DNA of 64,000 bases from a virus (taxonomy: Duplodnaviria > Caudoviricetes). This document shows, in pieces, positions 51,001 to 60,592 of the stretch (position 1 is the first letter of the stretch; each line of letters opens with the position of its first letter). A program made the position numbers and the translations under genes. The notes below the pieces were generated by a model. It did no database searches and had not been told where the DNA came from. It saw only the letters and a list, made by a program, of their open reading frames with translations. The stretch lies in the IMG/VR virus record IMGVR_UViG_3300032319_000936, positions 116,759 to 180,758 of that record, one strand, 5' to 3'.

Positions 51001-53233
51001 ATTGATATTGGGCTAGGAAAGCATTATTCTGTAGAAGGGGTGAAGCCTTCTCGACCGAATTGTATGCTAGATTAAGCCAATATTCCTTGATCCTTAAATC
51101 CTGATAACCAAAGAATTTCAATGCGTTGATCAATCCCTTATAGGCACCTATATAGTTGTATATCTGATCGCCGGCAAATAAAAGTTCTTTTCTTTTCTCG
51201 TTAATCTCTAGAAAATTAGGTAACGGTTCTTCTGGATCGCTAGCACGTAAAATATTAGCATCCTGTGGATAGAAGGTTCTGCCTAAATTCTGAAGCATTA
51301 CATTAAACCTCTCATCCTCGCCAACAACCTCCCCGTAAAAATCAACAACCAAAACTTTCTCTGGTGTTCCGGATGAAAGATCCTCAACTATTAATTTTCT
51401 CTGGTAAACATCAGCATAAATATCGGTTGCATTTAAAGCAACATTTATAGGAAGAGCCTCGGAATGAGCCGGTCCAGTAGATCCGCTTGTTAGATATCCA
51501 TTTGAGTAATAGTCGTTTATGCTATAGTCTACAGGTATTGCTATATTAGGATAAGAAACGATAAGAGGATATTGCTCTCCCCCCGTTCCTCCAACTCCTT
51601 CCACTATTTTATATGTGAATATAACCTCTGAAACGTCCACGTCGCCGTAGTTATCGCTCTCCCATCTAGTTCTCCATATTGAAGGGCCAGCAGCTCCTGT
51701 AGATCCCGCTCTGGGATAAAGATACTGAAGCTCTATATCTATATTAGCAGCTATAACAGTTTGACTTGCACCAGCTGCAAATCCATAATTAGAAGAAGAT
51801 GGATCTGCATATACCGTGAGTAGATCCGAAGAAGTGGGCGATGGTTGTTGCAGCCAAGAAAACCCTCCATTTTTGGTTCTGAGTATAACCCCGGCATCAC
51901 CAACTATGAACCCGTTCATGCTGTCCCAGAAATAAACGTCATATAGATCTATGGATATGCCAGTATCTAGAGCAGACCACGATTGACCAAAGTCACCGGT
52001 TGTTATTAGGACTCCACCAGACCCGACTGCAAATCCTTTACCGTTAGGCAGTAAAAATCCTCTCCTGAAATTAGAAGAAGCAGGACTAGTGGTGGCAGTC
52101 CAGGTTGATCCAGAGTCGCTAGAAAAGTACAGTATAGAATTCTCGCCTACTATAAATCCATTTCCACTTTGAAAAACAACGTCCCATAGCCCAGCGGTTG
52201 AAGCCGGAGATATATCAGTCCAGTTATTACCGCTATCTGTAGATCTCCAGATAACACTAGCTAATGATGTTCCACCACCAGTAGGATCAGAACTGCTATA
52301 GAGACGTCCGACAGATATGGCGACGCCACCTCCTGATTGATCGGTAAAGGCTACGCCTCTCATATCGTTCTTCTGTCCCACTGGTATAGCGGGAATGGAA
52401 GAGGCAGCAGCAACAGTAGGGGAAGTACTAGATCCGGTACCTCTAAATATCCTGTTAGGAGAGCTCAATGTACTTAACAAGAAAACAGAAGAAGACCCAG
52501 ATAGCCCATTCCAACCTAATCCATATATGATTTGGCTTGATATTGATATCGGAGTGAAGCTCTGCCCGCCATCGGTTGAATATCTAAAAAGTCCAGAACC
52601 GCCAGCCCTACCAGCCACAAGAACAGTTTCGCTAGCGGTAAACACAGATCTAATGTAAACATTTAAGCTGGACCCGCTAGAAACGCTGCTCCACGTTTCA
52701 GCTTCAGTTGAAAGGCCATATCCCTCTTCTACTACAAATATCTGCTGGTTCTCGTAAAGTCCCGATGAAACTTGATCAAAATATATGTTACCAGTGAAAT
52801 ATCCGCCTGGCCTATATGCATAGTTAGTTGTAACTTTTATATTTTTACCAGTGGAAACTATAACAAGTCCATCCACTTGTGAAAAAACAACGGTGATAGA
52901 ACTTCCACCGATGGTAATGCTGGAAACTCTACCCCTGAATTGATTTTCCGGTAAAATGTCAAGGGTTATATCAACTTCCGCACCTCTTTCTAGGAAGTAA
53001 CTTAATTCATTGGCCCATCCCGTGATATTAAATCCGTTAGTATCCTGGACGTTGAATACCAAAGTAGATGTGTTGTCTAGATTGCTTACGTCCAGCTGCC
53101 CTTTAGAATTCGACGAGGAAGAGCTAACATAAAGGAGCTTAAAATCAAGAGGTGTTGGTCCTGTTGGCCCAACGTAAGCAAAGTTGAGCGGATTGCCCGA
53201 TTTATTAAAAAACTTTAACTTACTATCTGCCAT
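48071..53233 (-). CDS. Baseplate wedge-like protein (1720 aa) with an inserted Asp-box (YCF48/BNR) propeller
   Basis: STDGGQSF, STDSGNNW, SSDSGSTW, TGDFGQSW and TKNGGFSW repeats; YIGAYKGLINALKFFGY wedge-like segment. Confidence 0.65.
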   Translation of the reverse strand: MADSKLKFFNKSGNPLNFAYVGPTGPTPLDFKLLYVSSSSSNSKGQLDVSNLDNTSTLVFNVQDTNGFNITGWANELSYFLERGAEVDITLDILPENQFRGRVSSITIGGSSITVVFSQVDGLVIVSTGKNIKVTTNYAYRPGGYFTGNIYFDQVSSGLYENQQIFVVEEGYGLSTEAETWSSVSSGSSLNVYIRSVFTASETVLVAGRAGGSGLFRYSTDGGQSFTPISISSQIIYGLGWNGLSGSSSVFLLSTLSSPNRIFRGTGSSTSPTVAAASSIPAIPVGQKNDMRGVAFTDQSGGGVAISVGRLYSSSDPTGGGTSLASVIWRSTDSGNNWTDISPASTAGLWDVVFQSGNGFIVGENSILYFSSDSGSTWTATTSPASSNFRRGFLLPNGKGFAVGSGGVLITTGDFGQSWSALDTGISIDLYDVYFWDSMNGFIVGDAGVILRTKNGGFSWLQQPSPTSSDLLTVYADPSSSNYGFAAGASQTVIAANIDIELQYLYPRAGSTGAAGPSIWRTRWESDNYGDVDVSEVIFTYKIVEGVGGTGGEQYPLIVSYPNIAIPVDYSINDYYSNGYLTSGSTGPAHSEALPINVALNATDIYADVYQRKLIVEDLSSGTPEKVLVVDFYGEVVGEDERFNVMLQNLGRTFYPQDANILRASDPEEPLPNFLEINEKRKELLFAGDQIYNYIGAYKGLINALKFFGYQDLRIKEYWLNLAYNSVEKASPLLQNNAFLAQYQYQNGGSYSQSVLISDVLDNANKGKYRLEQTYGPGPDGTYVLDVSSESTLVPSRTYKKTSLFGLYYDLNKQTTDVDVYGYPVVVDSFTFTQEEVLIKLFALKERLKATYLPLNARIVDICGEGIYFTVYNTKAWTDSMVRSDIQSGFYLDIVANPDFGFIEDLRAFSTRPYSTALQTPENYGDLVSVNVELYGATGSSGGALYFEGITATGGNQTLQVYAGKQYNFNLTANIQSVQVGDYDFYLSTTPYPTQTDPLGVTGNGTTGATPLEWYVNPQEVTTVYYYSTVNPSFINGTISVLPSPVSDFGNISDPLYYLQTRSAAENATMVQAISNWYQQKENGNLKKLGDGIQDPNPLVDPISGQQYQNPLGMPVVLELLTDTWLWSEMSMSWSSLTLPLFNVGDYALVRQYQDFATFGLTGGYYGTVTSINYAAGEYTLLKDVGGSVTVGGELLVSPIQEYLMLTWTNVDFSNMFEIEWIIQKIPTEPGLPYYYEFRGNILSYYKFSHFLPYTGKYKVICNVYDGFNAKTNVIKNNLIEVAPCTIDIDAWTRYREVEYYDWEQVYKPWELYQSIWEYPAEGMTYQELNKEMPAQMLAYATYGNNVEEGQSLYVGAYSDPIGATGYLELSQSILTPTSIASPDSPAYPGTFGFAEITTSAAHGLSVGDYIWICNSDTPEVNGNWQVQEIFSTTIFSISLTLDTSMSGVVYSSNQNSVTLNGNETVATPGSIKVYIDNRLIGETTNGDNLYKTTNSLVASINQLVTYPDYYASSPDPIGATNIVTIQAPDITGAQFNGSILTTVVTGSISVPTFSTSLSGGTGSYYGYTYWNETSETYPNANLKYWGVKNLDWQIFEESQWVDAYAHSWEDFAYNGEWLGGFEIHTATDGDYLKLSTATELYPAPVGVTFTAASPSTLTLQEVADQLNNSSDDYITDFYYTVMPPGIDPSTLANTSDLANTVENIFAVSASTGTTPPYRS

Positions 53234-53772
53234 TAGAATACTCTCCTGTTATTTTTCTTCACTGTATAGTTAACAAAGTTACTTATCTGTTTTGTCGATT
53301 CTATTAATCCAAAAACTACCTTCTGAAAGTACTGGAGTATAGAAGCTTTTACTGGATCTCTTAGTATGACTTTAGACATAGATTTCTCAAAAATCTTTTC
53401 TTTATACTCAAAACCAGTATAGATGTTGTCGTTAATACTATTTCTAACATCATCTATGTTATCAGTTGGATCAAATGCATAATAAATTCTCTCCTGGTTA
53501 ATCTTGGGCATACCTTGCATGATTACGATATAAGTAGCAGAAGCTGCGCACGGAGCATACTTGACTGTCCCTGTTGCATTAACAGTTACGTTTCTATAGC
53601 CAGTACATCCTATATTATACGACCTTTCTTCTGCTAGCTGTGTGGTTCCATACACGTCATTGGGCTGGTAATATGTACTGTTTGTAGTAGGTGGAACCTT
53701 TCTTACAACAGTAAAATTTACTCCTCCATCAGGGTCCTGGAATTGCGGTAGAAATCTATTAGTTGACGCCAT
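53233..53772 (-). CDS. Putative baseplate protein
   Basis: Coupled between the baseplate genes. Confidence 0.55.
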   Translation of the reverse strand: MASTNRFLPQFQDPDGGVNFTVVRKVPPTTNSTYYQPNDVYGTTQLAEERSYNIGCTGYRNVTVNATGTVKYAPCAASATYIVIMQGMPKINQERIYYAFDPTDNIDDVRNSINDNIYTGFEYKEKIFEKSMSKVILRDPVKASILQYFQKVVFGLIESTKQISNFVNYTVKKNNRRVF

Positions 53773-53774
53773 AA

Positions 53775-55520
53775 TTACATTGTTCTCGGTACGGTCTGAC
53801 TGTTAGAATCTATAATAACGGACTTCTGGCTCTTAGCAGATTCGGTGTTAAATGTATTGGGAACCACATAAGGTATATCTATATTCAAAGAACAAGGTGC
53901 GCCTTCAACAATTCCTTCTTTATATGTCACGCCGTAACGGTCTGTCCATCCGCCTCTCATTATCACTAGCTCATTTCGCCCTATAAGGATATCACCAAAA
54001 GAATCTATCCCAACCTGAGTGTTAAGCGTTGCAGCGTTTAAATTAGTAGCACCCTGCATTGTTAACTGATTTGCTTCGTTCTTCTGGCTTGTAAAAAAGA
54101 AGTTAGCCGAGTCAATACCTGGTATAGATTCTAATATAGCGATAATATCAGATCTTGGTATTCTGTCCCTTCTCTTTAGATTAAGCATATAGCTTGCTAT
54201 CGATCTACGGATAGTGTTTTTTATTGTGGTTGGGTCGTTGCCTTCAAATATTGTAACAGAAGCATTACCGACTATTCTAGTTATAACTGGATCAATTATC
54301 TTCAACACCGTGGTAGCTATCATCTGTCCGGAGTCCTCCAGAAGATTTATTATAGCTAGCTTCATTTCTGGTGAAAGTATAAACTCCGCTGTGGGTATAT
54401 CAAAGTAATCCTGGTTTGATTCTAGGTTGAGAGTTATATCCGGAACTAAATAAATGTAAACTATGTTATCATCGTCCAGATATTCATCTTCAAAAGTAGA
54501 ATAAGCATGTATTTGTGAGAAAATATTTAATCTGGTCAAATATATTTCATAGGATTGCGGATTTGCTAGAACGAAAGATCTGCTGGTATAAGGCGCAACC
54601 AATCTTATAAGTTCGGTACTCTCGGGATCGCTACCAAACAAAGGATCCACCTGATTTCTAATGTTAACATAATCATTAAGATTAAGCTGTTGGCCGAATA
54701 AGTCAGTTCCTAGAGTTGTAAATCTATAAGTAATTGGTTTATCTGGAGTAGATCTAAGGTTTCCCTGTCCTCCTAGTGTCTGTATGTACTCTATTCTTAT
54801 TCTAGATCCAGGAGGTGGAACTTTACCAAAATTACCATTACCAAAATAGACATCAATTCCCTGTGAAATACCGGTTCTTACTATGAAAGTGGATCCTTGC
54901 AAAGGCATATCATAAAAAGAATCGTATCTTTTCCACTTCTCCTCATTCACGTAAACGTTCACGTAATATTGATCAATAAAAGCTCCCGATTTAGACGGTA
55001 TGTTGAAGGATTGAAGTGCAAGCCCAGTTCCAGTAACGGTCGCATTCTGAACTGTTCCCTGTGCTATCTTAACTCTTAGAGTGTTATTGGGGACAAGATT
55101 GAAGGTAACTGTCGGTGATGACAGAATCATAGAATAGTACTTACCATTCTGAATACATTGAACCTGCGTGTTATTCGCTATTATAACTGCTCCACCGCCA
55201 ACTGGAGCAGTATTAAGATTCCATTGTATTGAGATCTCTCCCTGAGCTGTCGATGCTCTACCTGGATCATAGCCAGATAGTCTAGCTATACTCTTCACTG
55301 AGTAGTCCCGTGTTGCTTGGTAAATGTTCAATTCGGTAATCGAGTCCTCTATGAAATAAAGGATCATCTGCGATAGGTTCTGTAATACAAAAAGTATTTG
55401 TCCCCAAGCGGAAGCAGCGGTAAATACATTTTTAGACTGATTATATGTTCTCTGTAGAAAAACATAGGTGTCCGATAAGAGACCGCTGATTAGAATTCTA
55501 TTCTTTTGATATATGTTCAT
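53775..55520 (-). CDS. Baseplate wedge protein (gp6/J-like)
   Basis: ATRDYSVKSIARLSGY, VYFGNGNFGKVP, IEYIQTLGGQGN and GSDPES..IR..AP. Confidence 0.85.
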   Translation of the reverse strand: MNIYQKNRILISGLLSDTYVFLQRTYNQSKNVFTAASAWGQILFVLQNLSQMILYFIEDSITELNIYQATRDYSVKSIARLSGYDPGRASTAQGEISIQWNLNTAPVGGGAVIIANNTQVQCIQNGKYYSMILSSPTVTFNLVPNNTLRVKIAQGTVQNATVTGTGLALQSFNIPSKSGAFIDQYYVNVYVNEEKWKRYDSFYDMPLQGSTFIVRTGISQGIDVYFGNGNFGKVPPPGSRIRIEYIQTLGGQGNLRSTPDKPITYRFTTLGTDLFGQQLNLNDYVNIRNQVDPLFGSDPESTELIRLVAPYTSRSFVLANPQSYEIYLTRLNIFSQIHAYSTFEDEYLDDDNIVYIYLVPDITLNLESNQDYFDIPTAEFILSPEMKLAIINLLEDSGQMIATTVLKIIDPVITRIVGNASVTIFEGNDPTTIKNTIRRSIASYMLNLKRRDRIPRSDIIAILESIPGIDSANFFFTSQKNEANQLTMQGATNLNAATLNTQVGIDSFGDILIGRNELVIMRGGWTDRYGVTYKEGIVEGAPCSLNIDIPYVVPNTFNTESAKSQKSVIIDSNSQTVPRTM

Positions 55521-55525
55521 GCTTT

Positions 55526-55897
55526 TTAACTTAACTTTAAACTAACAACTGGACTTTGATCCCCCTGATACGGCAAAAGAAAATCTAGAAATGCTATATC
55601 TCTATTCGTACCTAAATAAAACTTTAAATCATATGTTCCACCAAGTACTCTAAAAAGTGGGCAATATGTTGACAAATGAAGATCTAGCTCTTTTCTTATA
55701 GAGTCCTGTGATAGATTTAATTCGAAAATTAAAGATTCCAAACCGAGTCCAAATTTAGGATCACCTAAAACTTCACCCTTGTCTGTCAAGAGCATCATTT
55801 TAAGCTGGCCAACACAAATCTCTATTGGATCTGTGACCTCCAAGATGTCAGGTACGTAATTAGGATCTTGCGGATCTCTGTTGTAAATGTCTCTCAT
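55526..55897 (-). CDS. Baseplate gp25-like protein
   Basis: LLTDKGEVLGDPKFGLGLESLIFE. Confidence 0.85.
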   Translation of the reverse strand: MRDIYNRDPQDPNYVPDILEVTDPIEICVGQLKMMLLTDKGEVLGDPKFGLGLESLIFELNLSQDSIRKELDLHLSTYCPLFRVLGGTYDLKFYLGTNRDIAFLDFLLPYQGDQSPVVSLKLS

Positions 55898-55956
55898 CCC
55901 TATTTTTGTTTATATATCGATCAAAATAAAGGGAGCTAAATGTTGTCTAAGATAGA

Positions 55957-57162
55957 CTAAGATATTATTCTTTTACCGGCTGAGTCATATACCCAGAACT
56001 CGAAAGAAAGACCCATATCTATAGATGCTTTTCTTTTTCTCATATTTACCGTATATGCATAATCAAAAGTATAATGAGATTTGACCTCTATTATTTTGTT
56101 TTCGGATAGCACAAAAATATCGGGGTAGTATTTCCTTTTTTTATTTTCAGAATCGGGATAAAAAATGACACAGGTATGCATTTCTATGTCCTTATTGGAA
56201 ACTATTATATCATCTTCAGAATATCCAGAATTCAATAAATCGATAATAGCAAACCCTTCGTATCCCTGTATTTTTTCAATTCTACCGGACGGAAAAACGA
56301 AAATCTTCTTCCTATAGGAAGTGCTAATTGATTTCTCAAATGAGTCGGTATGATGCATAGCGTGTTCTACCCCATACCTGGCCAACATAGTCTCGGTGAA
56401 TTTCTTTTTAAACTCATCACTTTGAACATACCAGTCAACCCCGTGTTTTTTCTGATTTGTTGCTTTGGATTTATCCCGTACTTCGGATGAGCACATACTA
56501 GAGTTACCGCCATATTTTTCCCTGTTGGTAGCCATTGATTTCTCTTTTACCTCCGGATTTAAAAGTGCGTTTGAAAATCCATATTTTTCGATGTTTGTTT
56601 TTCTCTTCTTATCCTGAGTGGAACTTAGTTTGGTTGGATGTCCCCCGTATTTCTCTTCGAAAGTCTCCTTTGTTTTTTTCTTAAATTCATCAGTCGAAGT
56701 GTAATAGTCAGCGCCGTATTTCTTACGGTTATTTGCTCTTATCTTTTCCGAAGCTCCGGGTACGGCCATCGGATTTGTGGTGTTATATCTTTCCAGCATC
56801 GTCTTATTGGTTCTATCCATGTTGTATTTCTTGGCACAATCGATACCCATACATGTAGCATAGTAGTTTACTGGGTTTGTTGGCTTTTCGCCGTATCTGT
56901 CTATCGAGAATTTTGGTATTTTCGTAAACATGCGAGGCGATTTACAATATGGGCAGACCTCTATCTCATAGAAATTAAACCAAGCGTGGTAAAATCTCTG
57001 CTGCGAGGAGATATTGGATGGCTCATAAAAGTCATCCAAGAATAGAGTTAATGATTTTAATTGGTCAAGATCTTCCTGACTCTGAGAGATCCGATAGAGA
57101 TAAGCTCCAAAGGCTTGGCCTTTTTTGTCCCTCCAGGATTCCATTTTTTGAAGTATCCGCAT
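55957..57162 (-). mobile_element. Free-standing putative homing endonuclease gene (Zn finger, KYG repeats, PD-(D/E)xK domain)
   Basis: CPYC..C..C, then about 7 KxxxTNxEKYGxxxxx repeats, then YYPDIF..KIIEVKS. Inserted between the neck and gp25 genes with its own promoter motif. Confidence 0.7.
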
Positions 57163-57183
57163 AATTTTTTATTTTTATGCAAA

Positions 57184-57191
57184 TATATATC
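57184..57191 (-). promoter_or_regulatory. Putative late promoter with an adjacent start-codon-sequestering hairpin
   Basis: GATATATA followed by GCATAA...TTATGC pairing over the ATG. Confidence 0.55.
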
Positions 57192-57208
57192 AAACTTGTG
57201 TATATTTT

Positions 57209-58015
57209 TCAACTCCACTGCAAAAAATAACTAGGGGTGTTCTCACCATTGATCATATCCATGACCTCCTGTAACTCTTCGGTTCCGGCGCTAATGACAT
57301 CCGTTGCATTCACTTGGACACCGCCAGGAAGGTTATAGTTAAAGGTTCCTAGCATTCTTCCTAAAGCTATCTTGGACTTAGCAATACAATATCTAACAAA
57401 CAATTCATCATCGAAAAGATACTCATCACCTATTTTAACAAAACATCTCACATATAAATCATATCCGCCATTCCCACTCGCAAATCCTTGAGCTAATTGT
57501 GAATTACCGTTGCTATTTGAACCACCTACTCCGGATCTATTTGGATCACGTCCTTGGATTGTAAGTCTCTTTGAGTTCTTGTTCCATTTGAAAGCATAAG
57601 TAGCTAATAGATAAGCTTTAGCCAAGTCAAAATAGGAGTACATAACAGTTCTATAAACAAGATTATCACCAGTAAAAGGGGATAGTAGCAATTCAGAACC
57701 AAGAAGTTTAGAATCCCCGAAATCCTTATCAGGATTACCAGCAACACCAGCTCCACCCACGTCTCTAACCTCATATACCGATACAATTGAATCGGGTAGT
57801 GTCAATTGTCTGGTTGCCCTCCATTCAGGATGTGCAAAAACAGCTTTACCGATTATGAACATTCTATCCTCAACAGAATATTGATAGTTATCGTAGAACC
57901 AATCTTTGGCTCTCTTTATAATCCTTCTAACCTCCTGTTCATTAAGGGAATAAGGAAGACCGCAGCTAAAATTAAGTGCGTCTGTAATTTCTTGGATTAA
58001 TTCTGTCTCGGTCAT
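57209..58015 (-). CDS. Neck protein gp13-like
   Basis: LPDSIVSV, RYCIAKSKIALG and FNYNLPGGVQVNA...EL. Confidence 0.85.
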   Translation of the reverse strand: MTETELIQEITDALNFSCGLPYSLNEQEVRRIIKRAKDWFYDNYQYSVEDRMFIIGKAVFAHPEWRATRQLTLPDSIVSVYEVRDVGGAGVAGNPDKDFGDSKLLGSELLLSPFTGDNLVYRTVMYSYFDLAKAYLLATYAFKWNKNSKRLTIQGRDPNRSGVGGSNSNGNSQLAQGFASGNGGYDLYVRCFVKIGDEYLFDDELFVRYCIAKSKIALGRMLGTFNYNLPGGVQVNATDVISAGTEELQEVMDMINGENTPSYFLQWS

Positions 58016-58023
58016 AGTTAAGT

Positions 58024-59430
58024 TTAATAATTCATATCACCAAATTTGGCTCCTCTATATTTATCGTTTAGGTCCTGAAGTCTCTTATCAGTTATGAATC
58101 TTTCATTTCTAACTTCGTTCCATCCCTTAACTTTTTTAGTGTCCTTACTCAGTTCAGCATACTCCCCAAGTATACCTGCTCTTAGCACTCCACCAGCAAT
58201 CTCGCAATTGATAGATTTTTGTTCACAGTTTATGTAGCAGTCCTTAAGCTTGTTGGTGGGTTCAACAGAGCATGCTTCTATTCTAGAATTAATAACATCA
58301 GTACCTCTTACTATGTAACATTCGTCCAGATTTGATTTGTTAATCTTAGAATCATATATGTTACACTTCTTTAAATAAGAACCCTTTATATCGCAATCAA
58401 TCACATCGAAATCGTAGATCTCAAAAGAATTTCTAGATCTTGCACCTTTAAGTTGGCATCTCCCTGTGGATGTGTCATAATTAAAAAAGCAATCTGTTAT
58501 ACCGCCTTCTATAACGAGGTCAAATACCTTATCCCTGATCGCAGGGAAATATGTTCTTAGGTTACCATCAAATCCCTTGAGATCTATAAATACCTTAAAG
58601 TCGGGATAGTATCTAAGGAAAAGCTCAGGCTTAGAGAAGCATTTTACAACATTAGCATAATCCTTCATCATAGATCTTAGCTTATCTAGATCCTCCTTAC
58701 TGTAGCCGCCCAGTCTTTTGCTAGCTACATCATATAAATACAGGATAATATAATCAACCACATCTCTGATTGGCTCTATCTTTTTCTGATAATCCTTACC
58801 ACCTAAATACCTAAACTCTATATACCCATTAGGAGCCTTTGTGAAATTCGCACCATAGTACTTATCACTAGGTGTTTTAAACATCATTGGGTCTATAGTG
58901 CTGATATTCTCCAATATCATGTATCTACTTCTGGGTAAAACCCTTTTTATAGATTTAGCATAAACATTCTTTGTTCTGTTACCAAACTTAGAGTAAATAA
59001 GATTCTCGTCAATACCAAGGATGAACTTTAAATGGTCCATCGTTTGTATTGCATTTTTAAGATTGGCCCTCTCGGGGTTAAAACTAACTGAAAATTGGAA
59101 AGCGCATTTATCACTTGTCCACCCGTTCTCATCTATCCATTTTAGGATCTTAATCATAACAGGTATAGCCTCGTTATAGCTCATTGGGCCAGTAACGAGC
59201 TCTAACATACTTATACCACCAGAGTAATCCGGCTCTAGCTTGAATCTCTCCCTATTAACCGGTATATCCGAGTGGTATTTATTAGATACGTCTACTTTTT
59301 TACCGAGAAGTTTCGAAAGAGCATCAGCAGCTCTTCCTTTGGTAACATTGGAAAAGAATTCGAATTCGAACCCAACATCAGACAAAGAAAGGGCCTGAGC
59401 TTTTTCAAAATGGTTTCTATTATCCTTCAT
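58024..59430 (-). CDS. Putative amidoligase-like (COOH-NH2 ligase fold) protein with a C-terminal beta-helix-like tail
   Basis: VGFEFEF, LEPDYS, LELVTGP, KYYGANF and IEFRYLGG. Confidence 0.7.
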   Translation of the reverse strand: MKDNRNHFEKAQALSLSDVGFEFEFFSNVTKGRAADALSKLLGKKVDVSNKYHSDIPVNRERFKLEPDYSGGISMLELVTGPMSYNEAIPVMIKILKWIDENGWTSDKCAFQFSVSFNPERANLKNAIQTMDHLKFILGIDENLIYSKFGNRTKNVYAKSIKRVLPRSRYMILENISTIDPMMFKTPSDKYYGANFTKAPNGYIEFRYLGGKDYQKKIEPIRDVVDYIILYLYDVASKRLGGYSKEDLDKLRSMMKDYANVVKCFSKPELFLRYYPDFKVFIDLKGFDGNLRTYFPAIRDKVFDLVIEGGITDCFFNYDTSTGRCQLKGARSRNSFEIYDFDVIDCDIKGSYLKKCNIYDSKINKSNLDECYIVRGTDVINSRIEACSVEPTNKLKDCYINCEQKSINCEIAGGVLRAGILGEYAELSKDTKKVKGWNEVRNERFITDKRLQDLNDKYRGAKFGDMNY

Positions 59431-60592
59431 TTACGGATTTAGCAAATATTTTTCCTGTGTGAACGTCTATCTTCCATATTAATATTTCAATAGGATCACC
59501 AGTCTTAGCATTTCTATCAACTCTACCCAAATGCTCAGAACTTACAAATGCCATTAAACCAATATCACTTATCTCTATAAGCACTCCGTTTTTTCTTTTG
59601 TGCTTGATGAGAGCTTGCATTGGCTCTATTGTGCCTTCCAATACCCGTGTCTCGAGATCATAAAGAATTACGTTTCTTTCTAAGGGTCTATCTAATGTTA
59701 GGGTCAATTTATTGTTCTCTTTAATCTCCTTCACATAGAATTCTATCTCGTCGCCTGAACAAAGTTTGGACAATTCATAGTCACCCTCAAACTCGCTCTT
59801 GTGGATCAAGCCAGTATAAATCTCCTCCCACTCAACAAAAACTCCAAATGGACTTGTTCCAGTGATAGATCCTTTATATTTCCTGGTTAGATCGAGCTCT
59901 TGAATCTTCTGCTCCATAATCTTGGAAATATACTTCTTATAAGAAACAATGAAGGTATCTTTTGCCTCTATATAGCCTTCTACCATTACGTGTATATCCT
60001 TTCCGATATATGATTCGAAATCTTTGATCTTGTTGGCTGCAGCCAATGATCCAGGCATGAAACACTTAATACCGCAAAGATCGACAATATATCCACCTTT
60101 ATTTATGCTCTCAACCCTTACTTTATAAGCTGTAGTTTCTTTTTTGATTTGATCAAAAAGTTCAGACTTTAGTGTCTTTATATAATGCTCAACAACAGAT
60201 CCAAGATATCCCTTAGGTGTTTTTCTAACGTGAGCTTCTATTCTATTGCCTACTGTAAAATCAATACCCTCGATATTTAATTTTTCAGCATCCCTTCTTT
60301 CCTTTTTCAAGTCAATATAAATCGTTTGTCCTGAGTCAGTCTGGGCAAAAGCCTCTTCTTCAGTTAAAGCAACAATTTTACAAGGGTACATTCTGCCATC
60401 AACTAGATCCTTAGCTAGATCATTCCAATCTAGTCCTTCAGAATGCTTAGCGTATGCCGCAGCAAGTTCTTCAGCATAATCAGCATGGCAATAAATAGTC
60501 ATCCCGTGATTATTCTTAATTTTTTTGTTAGGCTTAAATCCGTTTGAATTTTCCCAACTGAATTCTTCATTTTCGAATTCTTGATACATCAA
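59420..60592 (-). CDS. Ribosomal protein S1-like multi-S1-domain protein
   Basis: KGGYIVDLCGIKCFMPGS, FIVSYK, GSITGTSPFGVFVE..GLIHKSE; about 4 OB/S1 domains. Confidence 0.85.
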   Translation of the reverse strand: MMYQEFENEEFSWENSNGFKPNKKIKNNHGMTIYCHADYAEELAAAYAKHSEGLDWNDLAKDLVDGRMYPCKIVALTEEEAFAQTDSGQTIYIDLKKERRDAEKLNIEGIDFTVGNRIEAHVRKTPKGYLGSVVEHYIKTLKSELFDQIKKETTAYKVRVESINKGGYIVDLCGIKCFMPGSLAAANKIKDFESYIGKDIHVMVEGYIEAKDTFIVSYKKYISKIMEQKIQELDLTRKYKGSITGTSPFGVFVEWEEIYTGLIHKSEFEGDYELSKLCSGDEIEFYVKEIKENNKLTLTLDRPLERNVILYDLETRVLEGTIEPMQALIKHKRKNGVLIEISDIGLMAFVSSEHLGRVDRNAKTGDPIEILIWKIDVHTGKIFAKSVNEG

